Source: an uncultured Chthonomonadaceae bacterium
GTDB taxonomy: Bacteria > Armatimonadota > Chthonomonadetes > Chthonomonadales > Chthonomonadaceae
Reading direction: 5' to 3'
Length of the DNA: 64,000 bases
Assembly: GCA_963817895.1 (NCBI GenBank)
Contig: CAWFQB010000004.1
Location: 288,001 to 352,000, forward strand
The position numbers and the translations under genes are program-made. Positions 49,363-60,544 of the stretch are shown here, one piece after another (position 1 is the stretch's first letter; each line of letters opens with the position of its first letter). The notes beneath the pieces are model-generated. The model searched no databases. It saw only the letters and a list, made by a program, of their open reading frames with translations, and was not told the origin of the DNA.

Positions 49363-50169
49363 TTAATCCTCGCGTGTCGCCAAAGCAGTATACCCCAGGC
49401 AATCGTCTCCACCGGGCAGGAGCAGAGAAACGTTGGCGACAATCGCCACAATCAGCAGCAGCGGCAGAAACAGCAGCCCCAACAATCGGCTGAAACACTT
49501 CACGGCGATGTTGTCAATCGGTTTGAGAAGCAGGGGAATAAACAGCGCCATCACTTTGTAACACGCGACTGTGAGCGCGTTGCCCCGCGCATAAATGCCG
49601 ACATTCGTAAAATGCGCCTCGTTCAGCAGATGTTTCAGGCTTGCGGGCGTGTAGCGCCAGTAGTCGTGTGGCACGAAATGCCAGCGGGCGGCAAAGGGAA
49701 CCGTAATCAACATGCGCCCGCCCGGACGCAGGCAGCGGTAGGCCTCGTTGAGCAGGGTTTCCGGCTTCAGGACATGTTCCAGCGTTTCCGTACACAGGAT
49801 AAAGTCAATGCTCTGGTCGGGCAAGGGCCAGGCGCTGCCGCTGAAATACACGGTATCCGGCATGGAATAGCCAAAGTGGTCTTCCGCGTCCGCCGTATCC
49901 AGGCCGATGTAGACCGCGCCGGGGGACAGCAGGCTGCGATACGGCTGCGCGCCGCAGCCCACATCGAGCATCGTGCCGGTGACGGCGCTGATCTCCGTTT
50001 TGAGGTCGGGCCAGGCGGAACCCGCCTGCAAATCAAAGAAACGCCGTATGCCCGCCGCGAACTTTTCGGACGTGGTTCGCATCGGGGCATGGAGGGGCGG
50101 ACGCCAGTGTTCGGATTGGCGATCCGCCATGTTGGGGCGCTGCCGACTGCGTTCTGGATAGTCAGTCAT
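49363..50169 (-). CDS. Class I SAM-dependent methyltransferase
   Basis: LDVGCGAQPY, TETLEHV, LRPGG, PHDYWRYT. Confidence 0.88.
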   Translation of the reverse strand: MTDYPERSRQRPNMADRQSEHWRPPLHAPMRTTSEKFAAGIRRFFDLQAGSAWPDLKTEISAVTGTMLDVGCGAQPYRSLLSPGAVYIGLDTADAEDHFGYSMPDTVYFSGSAWPLPDQSIDFILCTETLEHVLKPETLLNEAYRCLRPGGRMLITVPFAARWHFVPHDYWRYTPASLKHLLNEAHFTNVGIYARGNALTVACYKVMALFIPLLLKPIDNIAVKCFSRLLGLLFLPLLLIVAIVANVSLLLPGGDDCLGYTALATRED

Positions 50170-50174
50170 TTTGT

Positions 50175-51676
50175 TCAGGTCTCTTTCGCTCGGGGAATTG
50201 TCTCGCAAAGTGAGCGCGCGTTCATGGAGTGGCTGTATCCGCCGGTCGGAGCGATCTGGCGCGCATACAGGGGCGGCAAATTCTCTACCGTGACGGGATG
50301 CAGCGGGTATTTGGCATAAACGTAAATGTTCAGGACTAATAAACAGAGCATGAGAAGAATGGCAGCGGCCCATTTCAAGCGACGCGGAAAGAGCGCCAGC
50401 CAGCCTGCGGCAGTCAAAATCCCGAAAGGAACCAGCAGCGGGAAGAAATAGCGTCCCTGCGGGGAGCAGTGCCACCAGTTGAACTTGTAGTATTGATAAA
50501 CCAGCACCAGCGTCATCGCGCTTATGGCGAGAAAGGTTCGCCCGCGAAGGCCCTGAAACCAGCCGCGAAAATAGAGGAGGACAACCCCCGCCAACGTCAG
50601 CAGGTTCAGCAGGCCCAGGCATGTATAAACGCGCTGCGGCATCGTTTTGTAAATCCTATCAAAACACCCCCAGAAGCTCATCCATCCGAATTCAGTAATT
50701 TGAGCGGTATAGCGCTTCCACGATACCTGCGTTCGGGCATGACGCTCTTTGAAACCATCAATGTCGGGCCAGTAGTGTTCCCATACTTTCAGGCGGAATA
50801 AATCCCCGTACAGCATCAGATTTCGCAGCAGGAACCATCCGACGCCCAACGCGCTCAGACCGACAACCACGCTCATCATTTGCAGCGTTACTCTGGAGGG
50901 CTGTTGCCGTCTGCGCCCTGTCCACCACAATGCCAGCCACGCTGCGGGAATAATGCCCGCGCAGGTATATTTGCTGCACACGCCGATGGCGATCCACAAT
51001 GACATTAGCAGCGTTTCGCGCCACCCAAAGCCTCGCTTCATTCCCAGTGTCAGATAGTACAGGGCTACGGCGGCGGCAAAGGCGCTCAGTATCTCGTTGC
51101 TGACCGAGGCCGCGACATCCACGAACATCGGAATACCGGCAACACAGGCGGCGGCCAGCAGCGCGGTCTGTTTCGTCGTCAGGAGGCGGGCGGTCCGATA
51201 TGTGTAGACCACGACGCCCGCGCCCATCAATCCCGACAGCAGGCGCAACAGGAGAATCGTTCCCGCTCGTCCTAAAAGGGGGTGCGCGATGGCCCAAATA
51301 GCGGCGCAAAGGACATAGTAGCAGGGCGGATGATATGAGTCCGCGTAAAGCTGCATCTCCTTGTGCGTTCCGAACGGCGGCAGGCGATGGTAGTTCGCCA
51401 TATATTCGATCTGCGCCACATGGCGCGGTTCATCGCAATGGTACTGTTCCCGCGGGGCATGACCCAGTACGTCGGGTACTCGCGGGGAACGGTCGGGGTG
51501 ACGATGGTGAAGGTAAGCAGGGTACAAAACCCCAGGAACACCGCCAGCAGCAGCAGCAGGCTTTTGGGAAGAGGAAAAGCCCGCGCTGTCCGCGAACGAC
51601 GGCGAGAAATGGGGATTGCTTCCGAAGCAACACCTGTTCCTGATGGAGCATTTCCCTGACTATCGGCACGGTTCAT
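50175..51676 (-). CDS. GT-C-type (DUF2142/ArnT-like) membrane glycosyltransferase (frameshift near 51450)
   Basis: DEPRH, HPPCYY, VSNE, QGRYFFP motifs; multi-TM. Confidence 0.8.
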
Positions 51677-51777
51677 ACAGATGGTTCCTCATTTACAAAA
51701 GCGCGCCTTGATAACGCTTGCATCGCGGCCACGCGAGAAAACTATGCTTTCAAAGGTACTCTCAAAGGGTATTAAAA

Positions 51778-53022
51778 TCAACCGGGCGGTAAGGCACGCT
51801 TGCATTGGTTCCAGTAGCGGGTTAATTGCTTTTTGTCCTCGAACACGTCGGCAAACCGCTTGCTGCAAATCAGGATCAGGGGAAATCCCAGGAGCAGCAA
51901 CAAGCCAAATTCCAGATTGCGGGAAATGTGTCCGCGCAGCGGCAAAATGATATAGTCGGTGAGCAATGCCAAAAGCGGCAGATGCAGCAGATAGATGCTG
52001 TACAGATAGGTTCCCATGTTCGCGAGTGGCTTCCAGGATAGCAGTTTGAAGCCACCGAGAGCGCCCTGTACCAAAACAGCCGTCATCATCAGCGCTGTGT
52101 ACAGTTCCATTTTCTCCATAGCGGAAGTATCTATCGGCGATGCTTGTACCAGAACTGCATACAGCAGCGGATAACCCAACATCAAGCCTGCTGCCAGGAG
52201 GCCAAACAAGCGACGATTCACGAATCGCGCGTGGTTCTCCGTCAGAACCAGCGATGCCGCCAGGACACCTAAAAGGAAGTAGAAATAGAAGTGCGTATTT
52301 GCGCCATTCAGGTTCAATCCCCGCCAGTTGTGACGCAGAAACAGATTATGAAGCGCCGCCGTCAAAACGGCTGCAACCGCCAGAATCCAGTACATGCCTG
52401 TTCGCTTCCACATCCAGACCACCAGAGGAAACCAGAAATAAATCTGCCATTCCAGCGCGATAGTCCAGTACACAGAATTGATCTCGGTATTGCCGAATTG
52501 CCCCATAGGCGCATGGCCCGCGCTATTGTTGACAAAATTGTTTAGCAGAAGAGAGTGACAGAGAATGCCGCGCATGGTTACAGGAAGGCTCAGATCGAAC
52601 ATGGTATTGCGTGGTTGGCGGATAAGCGTTCCTATCAGCAATAGTGTGACCAGCATTGCTGCCCAGTAAGCAGGCAAAATACGCAGCGCGCGTCCCCGGT
52701 AAAACTCCCTCGCTCCGCCGCGCAGAGAACCCGAAAGCGCGACAGGGCGCATAAGGCAAAAGCCCGAAAGCACGATAAAGGCGACGACGGCAAACCGTCC
52801 CTGGCAAAGCCACAAATAAACCTTCCCCATTCTTCCCTGTGGCGTTACGAGCCACCAAATTTGCTGGAAGGCGTGATTGACAATCACGATCAGCGCGGCC
52901 AGCGCGCGCAATCCATCAATGTAGCGCAATCGGTCTTTCGGCGGAGTTTTAGAAGTTAAGGATAGTTCTTGACCTGTCTCGACAGTTACTAAAAAGGTGC
53001 CGGGTAACAGCGCATCGGGCAT
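51778..53022 (-). CDS. Acyltransferase family 3 (OafA-like)
   Basis: YIDGLRALAA, FIVLSGF, RALRILP, WTIALEWQIY, YSIYLLH. Confidence 0.9.
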   Translation of the reverse strand: MPDALLPGTFLVTVETGQELSLTSKTPPKDRLRYIDGLRALAALIVIVNHAFQQIWWLVTPQGRMGKVYLWLCQGRFAVVAFIVLSGFCLMRPVALSGSLRGGAREFYRGRALRILPAYWAAMLVTLLLIGTLIRQPRNTMFDLSLPVTMRGILCHSLLLNNFVNNSAGHAPMGQFGNTEINSVYWTIALEWQIYFWFPLVVWMWKRTGMYWILAVAAVLTAALHNLFLRHNWRGLNLNGANTHFYFYFLLGVLAASLVLTENHARFVNRRLFGLLAAGLMLGYPLLYAVLVQASPIDTSAMEKMELYTALMMTAVLVQGALGGFKLLSWKPLANMGTYLYSIYLLHLPLLALLTDYIILPLRGHISRNLEFGLLLLLGFPLILICSKRFADVFEDKKQLTRYWNQCKRALPPG

Positions 53023-53125
53023 GATGTACCTGAATTCTTTCAACAGATAATACCTGACTTTGAACAATTCTCCGCAACATCGTGATAACGCTGGAAATCC
53101 TCTTTTCAAGCATCTTGAATATTGT

Positions 53126-55546
53126 TCAGCGTTTCCAGACATCGTAAGCGCCGCAGCGGTGATCGAACGTGTAGCGCAGGCGGACTGTTTTTCGCGCCGC
53201 CGCGTAAACGTCCGCTGTTTTCAGAGGATACCAGGTTTCAAAGGACTTCCAGGGTTCTTCCGAGGGCAGGAAAACGTAATCCACGGGTTTGGCTGCCAGC
53301 GTTTCCAGGACGCGATTAAGCTGCTTTCTGCTGATAAGACTGGGCAGCATGGGAGCGTAGCGATACCATAGCGGCGCTCCGGTCGCCAGGTAAAGCGAAG
53401 TGTCGTCATTGGAAATAATAGCGACAGTACGGTGTTCCGAGAGTATTTCCTTCACTTCCTTTGCCACTACAGTGTACTGTCCGGCGGCAAGCGCATCCGC
53501 CGCCGTCAGGCGTATGTCGGGCATATTCGGGTACAGGGCGAGCGTGTGCGGATCGTAAGGGCGCAGGAACCGCCGGAACAGATTGGGATAGTTACACGCG
53601 CAGGCGTTGGACAGGTAAAGCGGAACAAATACTGCCGCCATTAAAGGGATCGCGGTCTTATCTGAAATTGCAAATCCCACTTTTCGTTGCTTCGGATTGC
53701 GCGCCGACAGGAGCATCTTCTGCGCAATGGCGGCAAACCGCTGTAAGAATACTGTGAGAATAGTGACAAATCCTAACGCGGCGACATACAAATTCACCGG
53801 ATGGGAGCGGCCCATAAAGTGCAGCAGGGAGCAGGTTCCGTACAAAGCGACACAGACAAGCGCCAGGTCTTCCCGGCAGGATGCGGCCTCGTCGGGGCGT
53901 GGCTTCAAATCCCCATTCGCGCCCGGATTTAAGTCCTGATCGGGACGCGGCTTCAGTCCCGAAGCCGCAGGTGGAATCGGGTGAACCCGCCGCAAAAGAT
54001 GAAAAGCCAGCCCCGACAGCAGAACCGCGCAGAACACGAAACTGAGATTGATTCCGCTGACATGCTCGATCACGGGCATCATGCTGATACCGGCGGGATA
54101 CGCGGTAAAACACTCCATCCATCCTCGCCAGAACGCGCTGTGCCACATCGCGCCGCGACTGCCGACGGCCATACCCGACAGCAACACGCCCGCCGCCAAA
54201 AGCCAGGCAAAAGCGACCGTGTTCCACTTTGACCGGAAAGAACGCGCGGCGTTGAAGGCATACGATCCCGGCTGCCATAAGACGCAATACGCGCCGAATG
54301 TGAACGCGATGTAGATGCCTGTATCGGTTTCAAATAGCAGGGACAGCCCGGCCAGCGCGCCCGCAAGCAGCAGCCAGCCCATGCGCCGGGACTGCTGATG
54401 CAGCAGCAACAGCAGCAGAAACCAGACATCGAAGGGCGCGCGCAAAATCGTGTTGGAGGGCAGTTCCCACACGACCAGCCATTCTCCCGACCAGGCGAAC
54501 ATCTTTAGCCACACCAGGTAAACCACGCCCAGGGTAGACCAGTACGGGTTCAGCCGCAGGCGACGCAAAAAGAGATAAACGCCACAGAAATACAGGCAGG
54601 CGTACAACATTGCGGCCTGAATTAAATGTCCGTAGCCGAGCGCGTAGTACGGATTCAGCCGCGCGAACAGCAGGGGAAGCCCGATGCCGTACTGCGCGTA
54701 TATCTGCGAACATAACGCCCCGCCATGCAGGTAGCCGACCGCAGGCCCCATCACAAAATAGTCCCAGTGATGGAAATGCTCGTTGTGAAAAATATCGCCC
54801 GCCAGCCGTTCCGGGTGGGGAATGTAAATCAACGCGCACAGCAGCAGGGGCGTGAGAACATCCAGCAACCGTCCCCTGCGCGGATTGAGTATGGGAGGCG
54901 TGTCTCGCATTTCCGCCCGCGCGTAGCGTGAAAGCCCCACGCTTAAAATACGCTCCGGCAGGGGCAGGCGCAGGGGACGCTTTCGGCGCAGGCAGAACGT
55001 CAGTCCTGCCGCTTCCAGCGCGAGCGGGAACAGGAGCAGGGCGGCGGCGCGGCGCGGCGAGGGATGCGCGGTCAGAACCAGGCTCCGCGCCGTATAAAAG
55101 GCCGGAACGTACAATGCCATTCCCGCCAGGCTGAACGCCAGATACGCGCTGCACCGTGATAACGCGACGGCATGTTCGGGCGCGGGCGGCGCAGCGTCCG
55201 GGGCGATTGCGTCGGATATTCTCCGCCGGTCGAGCGCGGCCAGCAAAAAACAGAGCAGAACCGTGAGCGCGGAGCCGACGATATACAGGGGAATGTCGCG
55301 TTCCGGGCGATACAACTCCCCGCCCCATTGCGTGAACGCCGCGAGTTCCCCGACGGTAACGGGTTTCGGGCCAAAAAAAAGCAAACCCGCATACAGCAGT
55401 TGAAGGCCAATAAGGACGCCCATGCCGACCGCGCAGGCCCTGCTAAAAGCAAGCAGGGGAGCGGGCAGCGCGGGGGGCAAAGAAGCCTCCATCGTTGCCG
55501 CGCTATCCTGTGTTGCTGTATCGGATTCAGAATTGCCGATGGTCAT
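53126..55546 (-). CDS. Large polytopic membrane protein (GT-C-like), paralog B
   Basis: 806 aa; shares ERDIPLYI, EHFHHWDYFV, QYGIG, LPSNT, FETDTG and GRSHP with the neighbouring gene. Confidence 0.8.
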   Translation of the reverse strand: MTIGNSESDTATQDSAATMEASLPPALPAPLLAFSRACAVGMGVLIGLQLLYAGLLFFGPKPVTVGELAAFTQWGGELYRPERDIPLYIVGSALTVLLCFLLAALDRRRISDAIAPDAAPPAPEHAVALSRCSAYLAFSLAGMALYVPAFYTARSLVLTAHPSPRRAAALLLFPLALEAAGLTFCLRRKRPLRLPLPERILSVGLSRYARAEMRDTPPILNPRRGRLLDVLTPLLLCALIYIPHPERLAGDIFHNEHFHHWDYFVMGPAVGYLHGGALCSQIYAQYGIGLPLLFARLNPYYALGYGHLIQAAMLYACLYFCGVYLFLRRLRLNPYWSTLGVVYLVWLKMFAWSGEWLVVWELPSNTILRAPFDVWFLLLLLLHQQSRRMGWLLLAGALAGLSLLFETDTGIYIAFTFGAYCVLWQPGSYAFNAARSFRSKWNTVAFAWLLAAGVLLSGMAVGSRGAMWHSAFWRGWMECFTAYPAGISMMPVIEHVSGINLSFVFCAVLLSGLAFHLLRRVHPIPPAASGLKPRPDQDLNPGANGDLKPRPDEAASCREDLALVCVALYGTCSLLHFMGRSHPVNLYVAALGFVTILTVFLQRFAAIAQKMLLSARNPKQRKVGFAISDKTAIPLMAAVFVPLYLSNACACNYPNLFRRFLRPYDPHTLALYPNMPDIRLTAADALAAGQYTVVAKEVKEILSEHRTVAIISNDDTSLYLATGAPLWYRYAPMLPSLISRKQLNRVLETLAAKPVDYVFLPSEEPWKSFETWYPLKTADVYAAARKTVRLRYTFDHRCGAYDVWKR

Positions 55547-55579
55547 AATTGAGCCTGCGCGCGTTTCAAAAGGCGGCTC

Positions 55580-58025
55580 CTAACGCTTCCACACTTCGTA
55601 AATGCCCGCTGTATGATCGAACGTGTAGTGCCGCGCGGTGAACTGCCGCAGCTCGCGCCATACATCCGTTGTATACAGGGCGAGAGGATGCCAGGCGACA
55701 AAAGTTGTGGACGGCGTGGCGGCCTCGATACAAACATAGTCCACACGGTCGGCCAGCAGCGCGGACTCGGCGCGCGTCAACTGCGCTTTGGTCATCAGGT
55801 TCGGGTACAGCGGCGAGTAGCGAAACCAGGGCGTGGCCCCGGAAGCCAGGTACAGCCAGGTTTCGTCATTGGCGAGAATGGCGACTTTTTTGCCCTGTGA
55901 TTCCCATTGCCGCGCTTCCTCAATGACAGGCGCGTACTGCTGAAGTTTGGGCAGAACTGAGCGCGGCAGTGTGACGCCGCTGCCAGGATACAGCGTTATG
56001 GCAGTGGTGTCGACATGCCCCACAAAGCGGGGCCACATCGCCACATGCGGGTCCCCTTTGCGTCCGCTGTCGTCTATGTACAGGCTGATTTCACGCGGCG
56101 GGTCCGGCTTCAGCAGCAGGCGGATGCAGTTGGGATAGGCGCGAACGTGCGGCTCATGCCACCAGGTAAACAGCCCGAACAGGCAGCACGCTCCCCAACC
56201 AATCCGCGTGATTTTAATTCCGGCGAAGTATTCCTGTCCCCCGCGCAGGGCGTATTGCGTGAGGGTATGCAGGCCCGTGACGCCGAGAAGCAGAAAGCCC
56301 AAAAAGCCGACATGCAGATTGGTGGGGTGCGAACGCCCCATAAAGTGCAGCATGGAACAGGTTCCATACAGGGCCACGCACAACAGCGCCAGATGCGGAC
56401 GGAACGCCGAACTCTCTTCCCCCTCATCCGTTGAAATCTCTTCCGCGCTGTCGGCTGAAATAGTTTTCTCATCCTGCCGCTCATGCAATCGGTGAAAATA
56501 GTAGCACAGGGCGAACAGATACACCCCGACCAGAATCATGCCGTAAAACATACCACTCATGTACTGCGCGACGGGAACCATACTCAGCCCGTTGGGATAC
56601 GCGGTGAAACATTCGATCCAGCCGCGCCAGAACGCCGCCTGACCTATCGTGCCGCGACTGGCAATCGCCATGCCGCTCAGAAACATGCCCGAAAACAGCA
56701 GCCACGCGCCTCCAACCATTGCCATTCGTCCGGCAAAGGAACCCGCATGGGCTTCACGCCTAACGCCGCGCAGGTAGAAGACGCTGTAAACGACAAAGGT
56801 AAAGGTGATGTAAACGCCCGTATCGGTTTCAAACAGCAGCGACAATCCGGCCAACGCGCCCGCAAACAGCAGCCAGCCCATGCGCCGGGATTGCTGATGC
56901 AGCAGCAGGACAAGCAGAAACCAGATGTCGAACGGGCCGCGCAAAACCGTGTTCGAGGGCAACTGGTAGGGGGGAAACCATACCGTTGTCCAGTTGAAAA
57001 GTTTGTAAAAGGCAAAGATAAACGCGCCAAGCGCGGCCCATCGCGGACTGCGCAACAGCAGGCGCAGGAACAGATACACGCCGCACAGATAAAAACAGGT
57101 GTAGATGTTGGTGAACTGAAAGATGTGGCCGTAGCTCAAACGATAGATCGGATTCAGCAGGGCGAACAGCAGGGGGAAGCCGATACCGTACTGGCTGTAT
57201 ACCTGCGTGTTGAGCGCCTGCCCGTGAATATAGCCGAGCGCGGGCGCGGTGACAAAATAGTCCCAGTGGTGAAAATGCTCGGATTGAAACACGAACCCGG
57301 CCATGATGTCCGCGCGCGGGCTGTAAAAAAACAGCCAGATTAGAAACAGAAAACCCGCGTCGCGCCAGTTCCAGGCCGTTCCCGCAGCAGGCGAATCGCC
57401 GGTATTTGAGCAGGGACGATTCTCTTCGCCTTTGCGAATCAGGGTTTCCAGCATCCGCCGGACACGCGCTAAAAATCCCGATTCCATTCCATTGCGGCCC
57501 AACAGCCAGAGGAAGCAGGCGATTTCCACCCACACGGGCAGCGTCATGACCAATTCGCCCGCAACCCAGTGCGGTCTGAGCATCCGCGCCAGCCGTTTGG
57601 CCGTGAAAAACCAGAGCGGATTGACAAGGGTTGCCGTCAGCGCAAGGGTCAGGTTCGCGGCGATATTGCCCACCGTAAACCGATATTTGTTTTCCGGGGA
57701 TAGGGACGCATAGCGTCGGTTCCACAGGAGCATCATCGCGTAACAGGCGGCAAAAGTCAGCCCGCAAAAGACGATGTACAGCGGAATGTCGCGCTCAGGA
57801 TGGTAATTCTCCTGTCCCCATGCGGTAAAGATAGCCACATCGGCGGGTTTGGGTTGTTTGAAGCCCAGGCAGAAACAGCGCGGAAAACAGCAGATGGACG
57901 CCGAAGAGAACGCCCGTCCAGACAACCGCAACGGTACGAAACCGCGCCAGTTGCGGGGACAGCGTGGTGTTTACTGAAGGCGCGTCGCTTCCGGCGGCGG
58001 ATTCATGGGAAAGCCTGCTCATCAT
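55580..58025 (-). CDS. Large polytopic membrane protein (GT-C-like), paralog A (frameshift near 57870)
   Basis: Same motifs as 53126-55546; N-terminus is in ORF 57795-58025. Confidence 0.8.
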
Positions 58026-58034
58026 ACTTCCTTG

Positions 58035-58943
58035 TTACGCAGCGGCCAGAGCGGCCAGAATGGAGTCGGGGTCAAGCCCGCTTTCCCTGCGATGATAGAC
58101 CTGTGAACCGTATTTGCCGGAAAGATACCCCACCGCGCAGTGGTGCGTGAATTTAGCCGGAGCCTGTCCCATTTGCAGCAGCAGGTGCGCCAATCCCTGA
58201 CCCGCGCCCCCCTGCGCCACATGTTCCTCAATCACAAACAGATGCCCTGACTGTTTGATGTCCGTCAGCAGCATCGGGGGCAGCGTATCGGCGCGAAAAG
58301 GGAGTTCGGTCGCCACCCAGAAGTTCGGACGTTGTTCGTCCGGCAGCGCGGCAAGGGGTTCGAGAAAACTGCCTGCCAGCGGTCCGACAACAACGAGGGT
58401 CGGTCCACCGCCCTGAAGCAGCCGCCGCCAGGGAGCATAGGGGGGGAGCGTAAAGTCTGCGGGTTTCTCGTCGCGTCCCAGGCGCAGGTACGCGGGATGC
58501 TGGAATTCGCGCAGCGTTTCCACGATGGGCGGCACGTCCGCGCCGAAAGCGGGTACAAAGGCATGCATGTTGCGCAGGCACAGCATCGCGCCGTAATCTT
58601 CCAGCGCGTGGTGTGTGCCGCCCATCACGCCGTAGCCGTAGCCGCCGCCGTTGCCGACGAGTTTCACGGGCAGGTCGTGCAGGCAAACGTCGTTGCGTAT
58701 CTGCTCGAAAGGACGGGCGTAGACAAACGGGGCGATGCTGTACGCCCAGGGGCGCAATCCGGTCGCCGCCATGCCCGCCGCCACAGAAATCATGTTCTGC
58801 TCGGCCACGCCCGCGTTGATAAAGCGCGAACCGGCGGCTTCCATCAGGGGTTCCAGAGCGTTGTAGCCCAAATCTCCCGTTAAAAACACAAAGCGCGGAT
58901 CATCGGCGCATTTTACCAGACTGGCGCTTACTTCATTACGCAT
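58035..58943 (-). CDS. Transketolase-like protein, C-terminal (pyrimidine-binding) subunit
   Basis: LTGDLGY, NAGVAEQNM, RPFEQIRND, GGTHHALED, YLRLGR, IEEH. Confidence 0.92.
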   Translation of the reverse strand: MRNEVSASLVKCADDPRFVFLTGDLGYNALEPLMEAAGSRFINAGVAEQNMISVAAGMAATGLRPWAYSIAPFVYARPFEQIRNDVCLHDLPVKLVGNGGGYGYGVMGGTHHALEDYGAMLCLRNMHAFVPAFGADVPPIVETLREFQHPAYLRLGRDEKPADFTLPPYAPWRRLLQGGGPTLVVVGPLAGSFLEPLAALPDEQRPNFWVATELPFRADTLPPMLLTDIKQSGHLFVIEEHVAQGGAGQGLAHLLLQMGQAPAKFTHHCAVGYLSGKYGSQVYHRRESGLDPDSILAALAAA

Positions 58944-58960
58944 AACCGCCTGCCTCCCAT

Positions 58961-58994
58961 CCGAACACCGAACACCGAACACCGAACACCGAAC
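58961..58994. repeat. Tandem heptamer (CCGAACA) x about 5
   Basis: CCGAACACCGAACACCGAACACCGAACACCGAAC between the two transketolase subunit genes. Confidence 0.92.
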
Positions 58995-58999
58995 GAGGT

Positions 59000-59779
59000 T
59001 CATTCCGCATTGCCGCACACCTCCAGAATGGCCTGCGCGTAGTGTTCCGCGTTCATGGGCAGGTAGTGCCATTCCATTTTGTTTTCCATGAAGCTGACGC
59101 CCGAACCCTTGCTGGTTTTCGCCACGATTGCTTTCAGGCCGTCCGGCGCATTGGAAAGCGCAGCCGTCAACGCCTTGCAGTCGTGTCCGTCCACTTCCTG
59201 CACGTCCGGTACGCCGAAGGCGCGGAACCGCTCGGCAAGCGATCCCTGACTGGCAATCTCCTGCGTGCTTCCAAACCCTTGCAGGCCGTTGGTATCCACA
59301 ATCAGGGTAATGGGGAGTTTGTTGTGCGCGGCGAAAATCAGGGCTTCCCAGTTAGAGCCTTCCTGCCATTCGCCGTCCGACAGCAGGCAATACACTCGCC
59401 CCGGCTGATTTTGAAGCTGCTTGCCCATCGCGATTCCCGCTGACAGCGAAAGGCCGTGACCCAAACTGCCGGTCGCGAACGGGATATGCGGCAGGTGGTT
59501 GGGGGCGGGATGCCCGCTGAGTTTGGTGTCGTCTTTGTGGAACTGGCGCAGGTCGTCGTCTTCCAGAACGCCCAACGACCACAGCGTTACGTACAGCGCC
59601 CCGGCGGAGTGGCCTTTGGAAAGCACGAACACGTCGTCGGCCTGCATGATGTTGTGATGCAGCACCATCATGGCGTCCAGACAGGACAGGTTGCCGCCGA
59701 TGTGGCCCACTTTGCTCTCATAGTGCATTTGCAGCAGGCGGCGTTTCGCCGCGCTGATGACTTGAACGATGTCTGGCAT
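59000..59779 (-). CDS. Transketolase-like protein, N-terminal (ThDP-binding) subunit
   Basis: GHIGGNLS, LSKGH, TGSLGHG, SDGEWQEGSNWEA. Confidence 0.93.
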   Translation of the reverse strand: MPDIVQVISAAKRRLLQMHYESKVGHIGGNLSCLDAMMVLHHNIMQADDVFVLSKGHSAGALYVTLWSLGVLEDDDLRQFHKDDTKLSGHPAPNHLPHIPFATGSLGHGLSLSAGIAMGKQLQNQPGRVYCLLSDGEWQEGSNWEALIFAAHNKLPITLIVDTNGLQGFGSTQEIASQGSLAERFRAFGVPDVQEVDGHDCKALTAALSNAPDGLKAIVAKTSKGSGVSFMENKMEWHYLPMNAEHYAQAILEVCGNAE

Positions 59780-60544
59780 AAAAATGGTTTCTCCCGAAAA
59801 ATGGCAGGAAGAGAAGCGTGGCTACAGTATGATAAAAGCGGAATTGATGTAACGCTTGGGTTGACGGCGGGACGCGAACGCATCCAAAATACATCGCAGC
59901 AGACCGCAAATCGGGGGAAGAACTTGCGCGGATAAAGCCGTCAACAAAACACAATGCGCTTAGTATACCACACAGCGCGGCAGACACTTCAATAAGCGGA
60001 AGGCGTATTCAGGGCCGGCGTATATAAATGAAAAAAGAGTATGTAGAGACAGCGTCGAAATAGTGGCAATGCAGCGCTTCCAGCCCAGTGTCTCGTTGTG
60101 TCAAGTTGTAAGAAGAGGCGTCGTGACCTCATGCGCGTCAGGGCGAACGAGAAGTATATACAGGCATCTTCCAGCACCTCCCTTCCGGGTTAGTTAATAG
60201 TTGATAGTTGAGAAGAACTCCAAACTTTCAACGTCCCGCCACCTGGCTTGTTAGCATACCTGTTAGTAGACATGCGTAAGTTCTTAGACGAGGTAAATGC
60301 AACGGGAGTTCGATTGTTCTACTGATAATGTAGATAAATTTCTACATTTTTGCGCGTTCTTTCTAAATCTGGCAATCAGGAGGAGGGGGCAGGCGCAAGG
60401 CATTGGCGAATGTGCCACGACGAGATAGGTGTTGAGCATTTTTGACGCATCGGCTCTGGAAGGCGTATTCTCGCGGCAACAATCCTGTGTACCTTGATAA
60501 TAGAGGAAAATCAGGGGTAAACTAACACTATTAGAAATTTCACG

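Noticed and set aside
57..58994. Short repeat arrays as CRISPR
   Set aside because: The units are 7-9 bp tandem repeats without unique 30-40 bp spacers, and there are no cas genes.
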